Shown here piece by piece: positions 27,293 to 42,900 of a stretch of 64,000 nt of DNA. The notes beneath the pieces were generated by a model that worked only from the letters and a program-made list of their open reading frames with translations, was not told the origin of the DNA and made no database searches. The stretch's first letter is position 1. The number at the start of each line of letters is the position of its first letter. Position numbers and translations under genes: made by a program. This stretch comes from an uncultured Candidatus Poseidoniales archaeon (GTDB lineage Archaea > Thermoplasmatota > Poseidoniia > Poseidoniales > Poseidoniaceae), in the NCBI GenBank assembly GCA_964613395.1, contig CAZTGO010000002.1, positions 159,631-223,630 on the forward strand, written 5' to 3'.

Positions 27293-29335
27293 TTAATTCC
27301 ATTCGCTGTCGATTTGCCTCGAGCGTATTGCGAGACTTCTAGCATTTGAGAGTCTCTTCATTTCAATTGAACCGGCAATTAAGCAAAGAAGGAATCCGAA
27401 AAATGAAATCATCCACATTAATGTTGGGGCATTTGCATTGTTCTGCACATACGTTGCAGAAGGTACATCCGTAGAATCAAATCGAATGGATGGCTCAAAC
27501 CGAACATCAATGAGGTCTAATTCACAATCACACAGAGAAATAGTTAACCGTTCAGGAAATAACGAAGATTGCATTCTCGACCAATCTGTTTCAGAAATAC
27601 TCGAGGGACGAGTTGCCCATGCAGGAGCATTCAATGATCCGACTGGCGTCGTGCTTACCATATCAAATTGGATGTCAAAAACTGAAGATTGTGGCATTTC
27701 CTCGACAACCATCATGGATTCAAGTAACAGTAAATCAAGTAATAGTGAGCGACCAGATAACAAAGCAAATTTAACGGTATGATCTTCTAACATTCCATTT
27801 TCATTTAGTTGAGTGCCTCCTTTTGATATTTGGCTGAAGATGGCCTCATCGATACGAAATGATTGCAATTCCTCTATTTGTAACTGCCAACGTCCATCAT
27901 TCGTTTTGAAGGCCTGCTGAATTGTAAGTCGCAGTGTGAATGAATCACCATCGAGCAATCCAAATGATGCGCCGCTGTGCCTGTACAAATTTTGCTCAGG
28001 TATTCCGGGTGCAGCAACATCCCAAAGTTGATGTAAACGCATATCGATGAGGTCATCGAATGTTATCGTATCTTCAGATTCCAATTGCCCAGCCACTGAA
28101 ATAAGAGGGAATATAACGCCCCCAGTTAAAATCATCAAAACACCAGGTAAGAAAACCATGTACCTTAATGAGAAGTTTGTGGTGGGTTGTGTAAACAAAA
28201 GACAAGCAAACACAAAGACAAATGCAAAGAACACAAGTCCTCCCAAGCCCTGTTCTTCAAGGGTGACTTTCGAGTTTGTGTCGCCCAAGAAACTTGAGCC
28301 TGCTGGATAATAAGAGAAGGGTTGGAACCCATCAGGATTTACTGGACCCAAACTCTCGAAACCAAATGAACCGCCCCATTCATACTGCTGAAATTTGTCG
28401 TCTACGCCCGAAAAACATGCAGTATACACATCAACTGGTACTGCACGCCACCTGTAGACAATTCTCAATTTTCCTTCATCAAACTCACTTACAATTTCTG
28501 GATAGGGCAACTCCTTACCAATCGAATCAAAAACGAGAGGTACACTGTGCGGCTGTTCTACAACTAAGGGTACCTCAATCCAATCGATGTAGAGCCTCAT
28601 AATTTCGTTTGTCTCAACTTCGAACCTCCAACAATCCATGTCATTTTGAACCAACGCTCCATAATGGATGGTCTCGAACTCCGTATCTACAGGTTCAAGT
28701 TGTGATGATGGTTCATCAACATCGGCAATTGTAGGGTCTATAGACCATGGTATATTGAGTTCGAGAAACGAACTACCACGTAAATTTAATTCCCATGTTC
28801 CTGGTTGTTCAAGAACAATGGAGACAAAAAGTTTGACTTGTTGACCTGGCCAAAGAACGCCAGAATCTGAAAATGTGAGAGGCTCATTGTTGACCTCGTA
28901 TGGTTCGTATGCTGAAGGCGTTGAAAATGTCGTCGATTGAAATTGCCAGATGTGTACATTGTCGCCCGTGATGAGTCGTATTTCTGCTTCTGGTCGAAAC
29001 ACACCGAGGGTCTCCGTTTGTTGCATAAAGTCGATTGTAAGTCGATCGAGCGTGTTGGGGAGCATGGCAATATGACTTTGTTGTGGTGAGATATAGAATT
29101 CAAAATTTAATGTTTCTTTTTGTATGATGTTCGCCATAGACTGGCCAGAAATCGTCTCTTCTCCGATTGGAGTGGGCGTTAGTTGACATGTCGTGTCATC
29201 CACACACGATAGGTAAAATCGTCCGCCTCCTTGCGATTGATTCATATTCCCCTCAACGCTTTGTATGGGCAAGATAAGAAAGAGGATGATGAGATTCAAG
29301 ACCGTCTTCCTCATCATGTCTATCATTGACTCCAC
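27293..29335 (-). CDS. hypothetical secreted protein with C-terminal TM anchor
   Basis: 680 aa; N-terminal signal-like LNLIILFLILPIQSVEG; C-terminal LMWMISFFGFLLCLIAGSIEMKRLSNARS. Confidence 0.55.
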   Translation of the reverse strand: MESMIDMMRKTVLNLIILFLILPIQSVEGNMNQSQGGGRFYLSCVDDTTCQLTPTPIGEETISGQSMANIIQKETLNFEFYISPQQSHIAMLPNTLDRLTIDFMQQTETLGVFRPEAEIRLITGDNVHIWQFQSTTFSTPSAYEPYEVNNEPLTFSDSGVLWPGQQVKLFVSIVLEQPGTWELNLRGSSFLELNIPWSIDPTIADVDEPSSQLEPVDTEFETIHYGALVQNDMDCWRFEVETNEIMRLYIDWIEVPLVVEQPHSVPLVFDSIGKELPYPEIVSEFDEGKLRIVYRWRAVPVDVYTACFSGVDDKFQQYEWGGSFGFESLGPVNPDGFQPFSYYPAGSSFLGDTNSKVTLEEQGLGGLVFFAFVFVFACLLFTQPTTNFSLRYMVFLPGVLMILTGGVIFPLISVAGQLESEDTITFDDLIDMRLHQLWDVAAPGIPEQNLYRHSGASFGLLDGDSFTLRLTIQQAFKTNDGRWQLQIEELQSFRIDEAIFSQISKGGTQLNENGMLEDHTVKFALLSGRSLLLDLLLLESMMVVEEMPQSSVFDIQFDMVSTTPVGSLNAPAWATRPSSISETDWSRMQSSLFPERLTISLCDCELDLIDVRFEPSIRFDSTDVPSATYVQNNANAPTLMWMISFFGFLLCLIAGSIEMKRLSNARSLAIRSRQIDSEWN

Positions 29336-29360
29336 GAACCGTGAACATATGAATTAATGC

Positions 29361-29897
29361 CTATTGTGAAGATACAGGCTCATCGCGAAGAACGATGTTA
29401 CAAGATTTACATTTGTATTTTCCATGTGTAGATTTTTTCCTAAACACCGTTAATCCACATGAATCGCAAAACCATTTCCATGAAGCGCTTTTTTCTTGTA
29501 AAAAAAGTGTAAATTCTCTTCCAGATTTTCTTGGATTTTCAATTGGCCATCTCGCTTCAAGATGCCTAAAAATGGCATCATGATCTTTGAATCCAATAGC
29601 GTGTAGAAATTCATGATAAAGAACAAATTTTGCATAATCATTCCATCTTCTTTTTAAAAGTTCAGGGTGAATCTCGACAGATTCAATTTCAAGATAATTT
29701 TGATGTTGTTTCCATTTTGTTACGCCGTGCTTTTGGGTTGCATTCTTGCGCAACACGCCAAGAGGAATGGTTTCAAGCACCTCGAATCTTGTCGTATCAA
29801 AGTCATTGATTTCGGTCATCGTTCTCAATACATCTTGTCGAAGGTACCGCAGACGATGAAGCTGGTCTTCATCCGGTAGCACCATGGAATCCCTCAT
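29361..29897 (-). CDS. DUF45/SprT-like zinc metallopeptidase with C-terminal zinc ribbon
   Basis: 178 aa; VLYHEFLHAIGFKDHDAIFRHLEARWP (HExxH...H...FW...P); C-terminal CDSCG...CKSCN. Confidence 0.65.
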   Translation of the reverse strand: MRDSMVLPDEDQLHRLRYLRQDVLRTMTEINDFDTTRFEVLETIPLGVLRKNATQKHGVTKWKQHQNYLEIESVEIHPELLKRRWNDYAKFVLYHEFLHAIGFKDHDAIFRHLEARWPIENPRKSGREFTLFLQEKSASWKWFCDSCGLTVFRKKSTHGKYKCKSCNIVLRDEPVSSQ

Positions 29898-30361
29898 GAC
29901 CAGCGATGATATGCAGGATGACCTTCTTCTACGGCAACAAATACGCCATGGCCGGTTGCACAGACTTTTCCATTCGCTTCCATCATCATATCAACATGAA
30001 CTTTTTTACCATCGATTTCTGTGATTTGGCTTGTAATCACAAGTTCGACATGTAGTGGAGTTGGCCTGCGTAATTTAACTTCATATGATGCGGTAACAGT
30101 ACACGGAGGTTCGTCGTCTCCCCATGCATCCATCAAACCGACTGCAGCAGTCCAATTTCCATGACAATCCAGTAACGTACCAATAATTCCACCATTTATC
30201 ATTCCGGGAAATGCTTGGTGGTGTTCTTTGGGTGTAAAATGAAGGATGAGTCCATTTTCGATTCGATGTGAATCGATTTGAAGTCCAACATCATTTGCTG
30301 GTCCACATCCAAAGCAGATCGATGATGGGGCATATTTCCTCTGCACTCCCAAATCTTCCAT
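29894..30361 (-). CDS. PaaI/hotdog-fold thioesterase family protein
   Basis: 155 aa; N-terminal CFGCGPANDVGL motif typical of PaaI-type thioesterases. Confidence 0.7.
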   Translation of the reverse strand: MEDLGVQRKYAPSSICFGCGPANDVGLQIDSHRIENGLILHFTPKEHHQAFPGMINGGIIGTLLDCHGNWTAAVGLMDAWGDDEPPCTVTASYEVKLRRPTPLHVELVITSQITEIDGKKVHVDMMMEANGKVCATGHGVFVAVEEGHPAYHRWS

Positions 30362-30385
30362 GGTCGTCTGTTACCTTGAAAGTCT

Positions 30386-31753
30386 TTGATTGTATGGTCA
30401 AATCATCGTAGTATTCATGTCCTTAAACAGATTAGCAGAGGCATGGGTGAAGAAGGAGGGAAGAAACCAATCCGTCTTGCCCATGAACTTCCAAGGAAGC
30501 GAAAAATGGAAATTTCAAAAGCCCTCGAACAACACAAGAGCGAAGACAGACCAGAGTGGGACAGGGATGCAGATTGGGGCGAAATTCGCTTTTTCCGAAG
30601 AAAAATTAAACCTGGCACCATGCGGACAATACATCTTCCACTTCTCAATGTAACCCTAGGTGACCAGTGGCCTATTCCCGTAACTATTCTTCATGGAAAT
30701 CGACCTGGCCCATGCATTACTGTCCTTGGAGGAATCCACGGCGATGAGTTGACTGGGCCTTCTGCTTGCACGAATCTCTTATCCAATGTGTTTACAGATG
30801 ATGGGGGGGCACTCGACCCCAAAACATTAGCTGGCACAATTCGAATTGTGCCCGTTGTGAATTTGCCAGGTTACAGGTCGAAATCCCGTTATTTTCCAGA
30901 TGGTCGAGACCTCAATCGACAATTTCCCGGCAATCCAAGAGGCTCGACAACAAAACGTGTCGCTCACCAATTGTTTGAAAATTTAATTCAAGATTCTGAT
31001 GCGATTATTGATTTGCATAGTGCTGCAAAAGGCAGAACCAATATGCCGCAAATCCGAGCCAACTTGTCACATGCAAGTTCACACTTACTTGCAAAATCTT
31101 TTGGTATTGAAATCATCTTGGATTCATCGCCACCAAAGGGTTCACTTCGTTATTCGGCAAATGATGTCGATATTCCGTGCGTCACGTATGAAGGAGGCGG
31201 TGCTGATTTTCTAGGTAACCAATCCGTGAAGGTTGCAGTCCACGGTGTTCTCAATGTATTGAGGTCACTTCGTATGATACCAGGGCAACCTCAACGCCCA
31301 AGGTTCAGAATTATGGCGAGTGGTTCATCGTGGTTAAGAGCGGCAGAAGGGGGACTTTTGGATATGTTCGTGAGTTCTGGAAGTGTCATGAAGGAAGGCG
31401 AGGTTGTCGCCATGATTTCTGACCCTGCTACACCAGGCATATCGGTTGATATCGTTGCTCCCGAAGATGGTTTGATCATCGGTGCAGCAACCAACCCATT
31501 CACCGCACCTGGTATGCCAGTTGGCCATTTCCTGCCTATTTCCAAACATTTCCATTTACTCGAGGAACAAATCGACAAAAATGGTTCTCTTATTGTCAGT
31601 GGAAGCACAGAAGATCCTGTTTGGCGAGATGAAACAGATGTGAATGAAATAGAACTCATTGGTGAATGGAGTGGTGGAAGTGTTGATTCAGAATGGGCTG
31701 GTAAATATGCCGAAGAGGTTGAAAGCGAAGAATCAGACCCCGACAAGAAGTAA
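30386..31753 (+). CDS. succinylglutamate desuccinylase/aspartoacylase-family (M14-like) zinc hydrolase. The start is uncertain; internal Met residues at MGEEGG and MEISKA are alternatives.
   Basis: ITVLGGIHGDELTG (GGxHGxE zinc-binding motif); about 400-aa family size. Confidence 0.75.
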   Translation: MIVWSNHRSIHVLKQISRGMGEEGGKKPIRLAHELPRKRKMEISKALEQHKSEDRPEWDRDADWGEIRFFRRKIKPGTMRTIHLPLLNVTLGDQWPIPVTILHGNRPGPCITVLGGIHGDELTGPSACTNLLSNVFTDDGGALDPKTLAGTIRIVPVVNLPGYRSKSRYFPDGRDLNRQFPGNPRGSTTKRVAHQLFENLIQDSDAIIDLHSAAKGRTNMPQIRANLSHASSHLLAKSFGIEIILDSSPPKGSLRYSANDVDIPCVTYEGGGADFLGNQSVKVAVHGVLNVLRSLRMIPGQPQRPRFRIMASGSSWLRAAEGGLLDMFVSSGSVMKEGEVVAMISDPATPGISVDIVAPEDGLIIGAATNPFTAPGMPVGHFLPISKHFHLLEEQIDKNGSLIVSGSTEDPVWRDETDVNEIELIGEWSGGSVDSEWAGKYAEEVESEESDPDKK

Positions 31754-33010
31754 TCATGCGGTGTGAAAAGCAGTTATAGCATCGAAAATTTCACTGTCGA
31801 GCATGTTTCGCTTTTGTTGCTTTGCGACTTCAAACAAATGCTCAACCAAGTTCTCATCTGCATCAATTCCGTTTTGCTCAAGCCACCAGATGATGTTCGA
31901 TCGACCAGACATATGACCTATTCGAATAATTTGCTTTAAGCCAAAATCGCCAGCGGGTACTCCAGAATATACTCTGTCTGCAAGCCAATCATCGCCCTTT
32001 CGCATTGCTTTGATCACTGCGGAGGCGTGAACACCAGTTCCTGTCTCAAATGCATCGTTCCCGAAAACAGGGTAGTTTCGAGGTAGTGGAACTTCGATGT
32101 ATTCGTTGGCCTTTCTCACATATTCATCAAGTAACGATAGATCGTTATCAATAACGCCCATGAGTTTGAGATTCACTAGGGTCTGGTCTAATGGTGCGTT
32201 TCCAGCTCGCTCACCAACACCCAAAGCAGTGCCGTGAATCACATCCGCCCCGGCTTCAACCGCAGCGATATTGTTCGCAACCCCAAGTCCTCTATCTTGA
32301 TGGCCATGCCAATTGACTTCAATTTCACTTCGATGATAACCTGCGTCTTTAATGACCTCTTCATCAATGAAATGAAGCAGTTTCTTCACACCATTTGGAG
32401 TGACGTGTCCGCAGGTGTCGCAGACACATATTCGGCGAACGCCGAGCTCCATCGCCCTTTGATAGATCATTTTGACATCTTCAGGTTTTGATCGTGTCGT
32501 GTCCTCGGTAACAAACATCACGGGGACATCGTTTTCCACGGCAAAAGAAACCGCTTTTTCCATGGTTGACATCAGTTTTTCCATGGTCCATCCTTCTGTG
32601 AATTGTCGAATTGGACTTGTGCCTAGAAAAGCAGATGCTTGAATTTCCATTTCATGTTGTGCTTGCATCTCAACGAGAGGTTCAATATCGCCCATGAGTG
32701 TCCGAACCGCTGCACCAGGTCGTATATTGAACGAATTCTCATTGATATGTGATAACATTGCACTAATATGCTCTCTGTGGAAAGGCCCAGCCCCTGGCAA
32801 GCCCAAATCCACTTTTTGGAGCCCGAGTCTTTCCATGTAAGTGAGTAATTCAATTTTCTCTTCAATCGTTGGATTACGAGCACTTGGGCTTTGTAAGCCA
32901 TCGCGCAATGTCTCATCGTCAAACCAAACATCGTGAGGGTGGTTTGCAGGATTTCTCTGAATATCATATTCAATGGTGTTCCAGTCGTAAATGAGTGTGT
33001 TGTCGGCCAT
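31754..33010 (-). CDS. 2-isopropylmalate synthase/homocitrate synthase-family (HMGL-like) protein without the LeuA regulatory domain
   Basis: 418 aa; FDDETLRDGLQSP matches the (F/L)xDTTLRDGEQ(S/A) pyruvate carboxyltransferase motif; HxH metal site GHQDRG. Confidence 0.8.
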   Translation of the reverse strand: MADNTLIYDWNTIEYDIQRNPANHPHDVWFDDETLRDGLQSPSARNPTIEEKIELLTYMERLGLQKVDLGLPGAGPFHREHISAMLSHINENSFNIRPGAAVRTLMGDIEPLVEMQAQHEMEIQASAFLGTSPIRQFTEGWTMEKLMSTMEKAVSFAVENDVPVMFVTEDTTRSKPEDVKMIYQRAMELGVRRICVCDTCGHVTPNGVKKLLHFIDEEVIKDAGYHRSEIEVNWHGHQDRGLGVANNIAAVEAGADVIHGTALGVGERAGNAPLDQTLVNLKLMGVIDNDLSLLDEYVRKANEYIEVPLPRNYPVFGNDAFETGTGVHASAVIKAMRKGDDWLADRVYSGVPAGDFGLKQIIRIGHMSGRSNIIWWLEQNGIDADENLVEHLFEVAKQQKRNMLDSEIFDAITAFHTA

Positions 33011-33074
33011 GAAGCAACCTCCCTTGATGTTTGCTCGATGGAAGCGAATATCTCATGTCGTTTCAAATCACCGA

Positions 33075-38024
<4,950 letters not shown>

Positions 38025-38822
38025 ATGGCTGACCCAAAAGTCTGTGTAACTTTGGATGGCACAAATGTTGAACAAATGGCCGATGAAGCCGCTAGGGCTA
38101 ATTTATCTGGTGCAGATATGGTTGAACTTCGTTTTGACAGGTTGTACTTGATACCTATGGAACCTGTTGAAATCGAAGGAGAGGATGGAGAAACCAAATC
38201 AATCACACCTCCAGAAGATGAATGGTCGAGAAAATCAATTTCGGAAATCGACGTTGAAGAAACTATTTCTCAACTCAAGGAACGAATTCCTCTCCCAGTC
38301 ATTTTTACAGTTCGTTCACCTTCAGAAGGGGGATTTTTCCCAGGAACAGAGGATGAACGCATTTCAATTCTTAATTCAGCGATCGCATCTAAAGTTTCTT
38401 GGATTGACCTCGAACTTGAAATCGATGAAAAAACAAGAGATGAACTTTCAGCATCAGCAAAAAAGAAAGGTATTCAAATCATTGGTTCAAAACATGATAT
38501 CAATGGAACCCCTTCTGCAGACGAGATTCTCGACATTGTTCAAGCCAATGCAGAGAAGGGAGATATTGTGAAATTTTGTTCCACAATCAATGACCATCAA
38601 GATGCCTTGCAAATCGTTGAGGCTTGTCAATTACTCAAAGATTCATCATCAAAATTCGCTTTGATGGGTGTTGGCAACGGAGGCGACTGGGCTCGTCTGC
38701 ATGCACCAATCTTCGGACAAGAACTCGTCTATGCTTCACTGAGCACAGAACACAGACTCAGCAACAAAGGCCTTGTCAATGTTCGTGATTTGAAAGATGC
38801 ATGGGTCTTATTGGAATATTGA
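38025..38822 (+). CDS. aroD: 3-dehydroquinate dehydratase, type I
   Basis: 265 aa; N-terminus KVCVTLDGTNVEQMADEAARANLSGADMVELRFD matches the type I DHQase fold entry motif; catalytic lysine region ...KFCSTI. Confidence 0.85.
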   Translation: MADPKVCVTLDGTNVEQMADEAARANLSGADMVELRFDRLYLIPMEPVEIEGEDGETKSITPPEDEWSRKSISEIDVEETISQLKERIPLPVIFTVRSPSEGGFFPGTEDERISILNSAIASKVSWIDLELEIDEKTRDELSASAKKKGIQIIGSKHDINGTPSADEILDIVQANAEKGDIVKFCSTINDHQDALQIVEACQLLKDSSSKFALMGVGNGGDWARLHAPIFGQELVYASLSTEHRLSNKGLVNVRDLKDAWVLLEY

Positions 38823-39857
38823 TTATTCTTCTTCAATAGTCGCATCTTGTTGATTATACTCTTCCGGGTATTCTTTAGTGATCGTTGGAACGAATGTTTT
38901 GTCCTGTTTCTCTTGTAAACCTGCTTTCATGTATCGTTGATTTAAAATGACGGGGACCGCAATTAGGCTAGCACAGAAGATGAAAAATACAAGCGACACC
39001 GTCCAATTAGGAAGTACAAATGAGCGAGGCGTCGTAAGTATGGTAATGTCTGCATACACAGGTTCACCTAATGCTTGGCCATCATCAGTGTGCCCGTTGT
39101 CCCACCCATCGATGACAAGATAAAATTCATCCCAAATCGTTTCTCCAAAAATGGATGAATAGACCTCGGGAGCATCAAGATTTACTGAAAAAACCGTCTC
39201 TTTTACATTTTCATATTCGTGAACATCTCGAAAGCTCTTCCACGATGTAATATCGAAATTTTGCCACTCAGGTGGGCTAGGTTCATCATCGAAATCCCTC
39301 ATATCATAATCGTAAAAGTACGAATCATGTTCCATCCAGTATGATGTTTGGTATTTCTGAAACTCAGATGATGTCATCAAGTACACATCGCCGATGAGGT
39401 TGGGCGTAGATGTAGCATTATTTGATAGAAGACTTACACAAAATGTTGTGCGATGTGTTGATGATAAGTTGATGCGAATTGCTCCGGCACTATCGTTTCC
39501 TACAACAGTTTGAATGAAGTGGTTCGAAGTTAATGTCTCAAGTGGTGCAGAGTAAGGATTTACGTACATCCAGCGTTCTTCGGGATTGATGCTGAGGTCA
39601 ACATTTGTGGATTCTTCATTTGTTTCCATATCATCTTCGACAACAACAGCATCTCCTCTTCCATTGAATCCTCTTCCGTCGAAGAACAACTCGCCTTGAT
39701 AATGGGGTACAAGGGCGTGTTTTGCAAAAGTTTCATTCCAGGAAGCAGGTTGAACATTCCCTTCGCATTCATGGTTCGATGCAGAGGCAACCGGAGATGA
39801 AATGATTGCAAATCCAAGTACTGATATGAAAAAATATGAGAGAGCAAATGCTTTCAT
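38823..39857 (-). CDS. hypothetical secreted protein with C-terminal TM anchor. The start is taken at the internal signal-peptide Met; the track ORF extends to 40040.
   Basis: MKAFALSYFFISVLGFAIISSPVASAS signal peptide; C-terminal WTVSLVFFIFCASLIAVPVILNQRYMKAG TM helix; about 345 aa. Confidence 0.5.
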   Translation of the reverse strand: MKAFALSYFFISVLGFAIISSPVASASNHECEGNVQPASWNETFAKHALVPHYQGELFFDGRGFNGRGDAVVVEDDMETNEESTNVDLSINPEERWMYVNPYSAPLETLTSNHFIQTVVGNDSAGAIRINLSSTHRTTFCVSLLSNNATSTPNLIGDVYLMTSSEFQKYQTSYWMEHDSYFYDYDMRDFDDEPSPPEWQNFDITSWKSFRDVHEYENVKETVFSVNLDAPEVYSSIFGETIWDEFYLVIDGWDNGHTDDGQALGEPVYADITILTTPRSFVLPNWTVSLVFFIFCASLIAVPVILNQRYMKAGLQEKQDKTFVPTITKEYPEEYNQQDATIEEE

Positions 39858-39912
39858 TCTTTCACTACAGAATGAAATCAATACCCTTTCATTCCTCATT
39901 TTTCCCGCACCT

Positions 39913-42900
39913 TCACCTTCTGCGTAGAGGCCGAACATATCCACTATCTGAATTTCTACGTTCGTCTTTCGACAAGATTTTGGGAGCAGGCGGTGGTTTA
40001 TGGTGATCCATTCCAAGCATTCCACCTTGATTTTCAACACGTTCTAAATCATTGTACGTTTCTGCAGCTTCTTTGGCTGCTTCTTCAATTTCTGATGGCT
40101 CTCGTAGCCACAAGTATCCAAGAATCAGTGCAACAATAATCAGACCCATGAATTTAGCAAATTCCGATCCTGCGTCTGCAAGCCAGGATTTCCATTCATC
40201 TGCACTAAATTCTGATAACGATGGCCGGCTTGATGGTTCAATAGTAACTTCAACTTCACTGTACATCGATGAACATGTTCCAAAACCATCGCATACTAAG
40301 ACGAGGACAGTGTAGGTTCCGGGTTCTTCCCAGTTTGTGCTTGCCCTTGATACAGAACCTGCAAGTGGGGAAACAAAATCATCTTCGGGGTTGCCATTTG
40401 CATTTTCATCAACTTCGATATTGAAATCCCACAGGACTTCAAACTCCTGTGAAATACGTTCATCCCTGTCGACAATTGAACCATCTTCGATGTTCATGTC
40501 ACGGTAAATGTCGCCTAAGTAGAGTGGACCATTTTCATTACTGATTTTCGCATACACAGCATTTGCAGTCTCGACGTAAACATCGTCTGGGAAGACAATT
40601 TCTTCAATCGTTGGAGGGTGTGCTACGATAATTGAAAATGTTGCTCTGCTCACATCGCCAGTACCAAAACTATCACGAACAGTTAATGTTGCTTCGTAAA
40701 TTCCTGGAAGAATGTATGCGTGGTATGGCATTGGGCTGTGGTCAACAGGTGTTGCATCACCAAAATCCCAAGAGTACTCAACTATACCGTTCCATTCTTC
40801 AGTGTTTGAAATGAGTGGAGAGAATTTTCCTTCATACATTCGATCGGCATCTCTTGTACCATATGAATCGAAATACAACATGTTGTTCGGTGAGGTATAG
40901 ATTCGATTTTCATCATCGAACGTGTGGGTAAAGTAATCGATTTGTGTTGTGTTGGTAAACGACGTCGAACTGGTGACTTGTTCTTCATCAATCCACGCAT
41001 CGAGGATTTTGACTGAAATGATTGGCTTTGGATTTTCGACATGGAGGGTCACTATTCGAGGGAAACTTTGTTCATTGTCTGCATCGGTTACGATGAGAGT
41101 AACTGTGTGTGTGCCAGGGGTAGAAAATGAGTGAGTGACTTGAGGTCGATCGTATGTTGACCCATCGGAAAAGGTCCAGTTGAATGTAATATCTGAAGAA
41201 TCACCGATTTGACCGTCGGGGTCCATACTTAATCGACCATCGAATGTGTATGCAGTGTCGATTTTTGCATCTTCAGAGCGGAAATCAACAGGAACTGAAC
41301 CTGAAGTCGTAGAAGTTCGTACCGAAAATTGAGCTATTGGTTGCTGGTTATACACGTTGACATACAACTGTGCGGTAACTTGACTACCGTCATCGTCTGT
41401 AACTTGTAGTGTGACTGATTTTTGTCCAGGGGTATCCCATGACACATAGGGATTTGGATCAATCGAAGTGGTCATGATGAAATCGTCAGCACGAGAAGGG
41501 GCTTTGCTCCCTAAATAGACTCCATCTTCGAATGTCCAAAGGTACGAGACAATTTCACCATCATCATCAACAAAGATGTTTGGCATCTGAAGAGGAATAT
41601 ACGTGGATGTCGAGAGTTGTTCGGAGTAGATTTGAATCGGCAGTCGGTTGTTAATGGTAACTTCAATTTCTTTCGTTCCTGTATTCATTCCATCGGAGAC
41701 TGAAAGTGTGAGCGTGAAGGTTTCGTTTTCAGCTTGTATGTCTCCCCATTCATGTTGTTGAAGATACGCACCAATGCCTGAGTCAACTGTCCCATCACCC
41801 CAGTCCCATTCAAAGTAAAGATTCTCGATTGGCACATTGTCGACAGAGCGTCCGGCAGAGAAGAGGATTCTTTGATTTGTCATGAGTGAAATAGATTCGT
41901 CGATAACGACATTGTTGACTGAAATAATAGGTAACGGGTCCGAGTCATCAGTAACATTGAGTTGTTCAACATCGACATCAGACCATGTTCCGCCCTGATC
42001 TTGAACTCGAAGTGTTGCATTGTATTGTCCAATATCCTTGTACGAACGTAACGGTGATTTCAAATTCGAGGTTTGATTGTCTCCAAAGTTCCAGTAGTAT
42101 GCTGTGGGCTGGTCTCGATACGGTAATGTGTTGTTTTCGTTAGACAACCCCCATGCATCGAATCCTGAACCTATAAACTGGATATTTTCCCAAGTTTGGA
42201 CATCGCTTTGAGAAAGTGAGCCGTTGGCAGTTGGAGCCATATTACCAAGCGATGTAGGCGACGTGGTTACGGTATCTACTTGAGTGCCGATAACGTCGGT
42301 CATTGAGAAATCAATTCGATACTGGTTGTCTTTTGGTGCTGTGAAATACACCGTGTTAGAAACAGGTGAGCCACCACCTGCTTGGACTCTGCGGGTCAAT
42401 GTGTCAACGACAGTTCCATTGTTGTCCCGCACATTAAACTCAACATCAAGGTCTTCAAAGAACGCATTTGAGAGAATGTCGTATCCAATTTCCATGGTGT
42501 CGCCAGTACCGTCTCCATCACGGTCAGCAACCTCTGTTGTGTTTACGCTTAGGGTCGCTGGGGATGTGATTCGTGCTGCTTCGATGTCAACTGTACCCTG
42601 GGGGTAACTTGGCCCGCAAGATGTGTAATCGCAGTCTGCGACTGTGCTAGCGTACCAAGTAATGACCCATACTTCGTCGGTCAGATTCCCGAAACCTGGT
42701 ATAAGGGCTGTGGCAACATTGTTGTTAAAATTGAGATCGGTCACGCTCCACAATCCATCAGTTGTGGCTTTTGTGACAACGACGCCATCGAAATTACTCA
42801 CAGATGCTGTTGCTCGAATGGTCAGTGGTGCAGGTGATGCACTACCTGGGGTGAATTTGAACGAGCGAATGCCCCATCCTTCAACTGAATTACCGGTCGA

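Noticed and set aside
39857-40040. Apparent 128-nt overlap between the 405-aa track ORF and the 3' end of the 1399-aa zincin gene
   Set aside because: An internal Met opens a textbook signal peptide (MKAFALSYFFISVLGFAIISSPVASAS). Using it as the start removes the overlap, and the upstream 61 codons are probably not translated.
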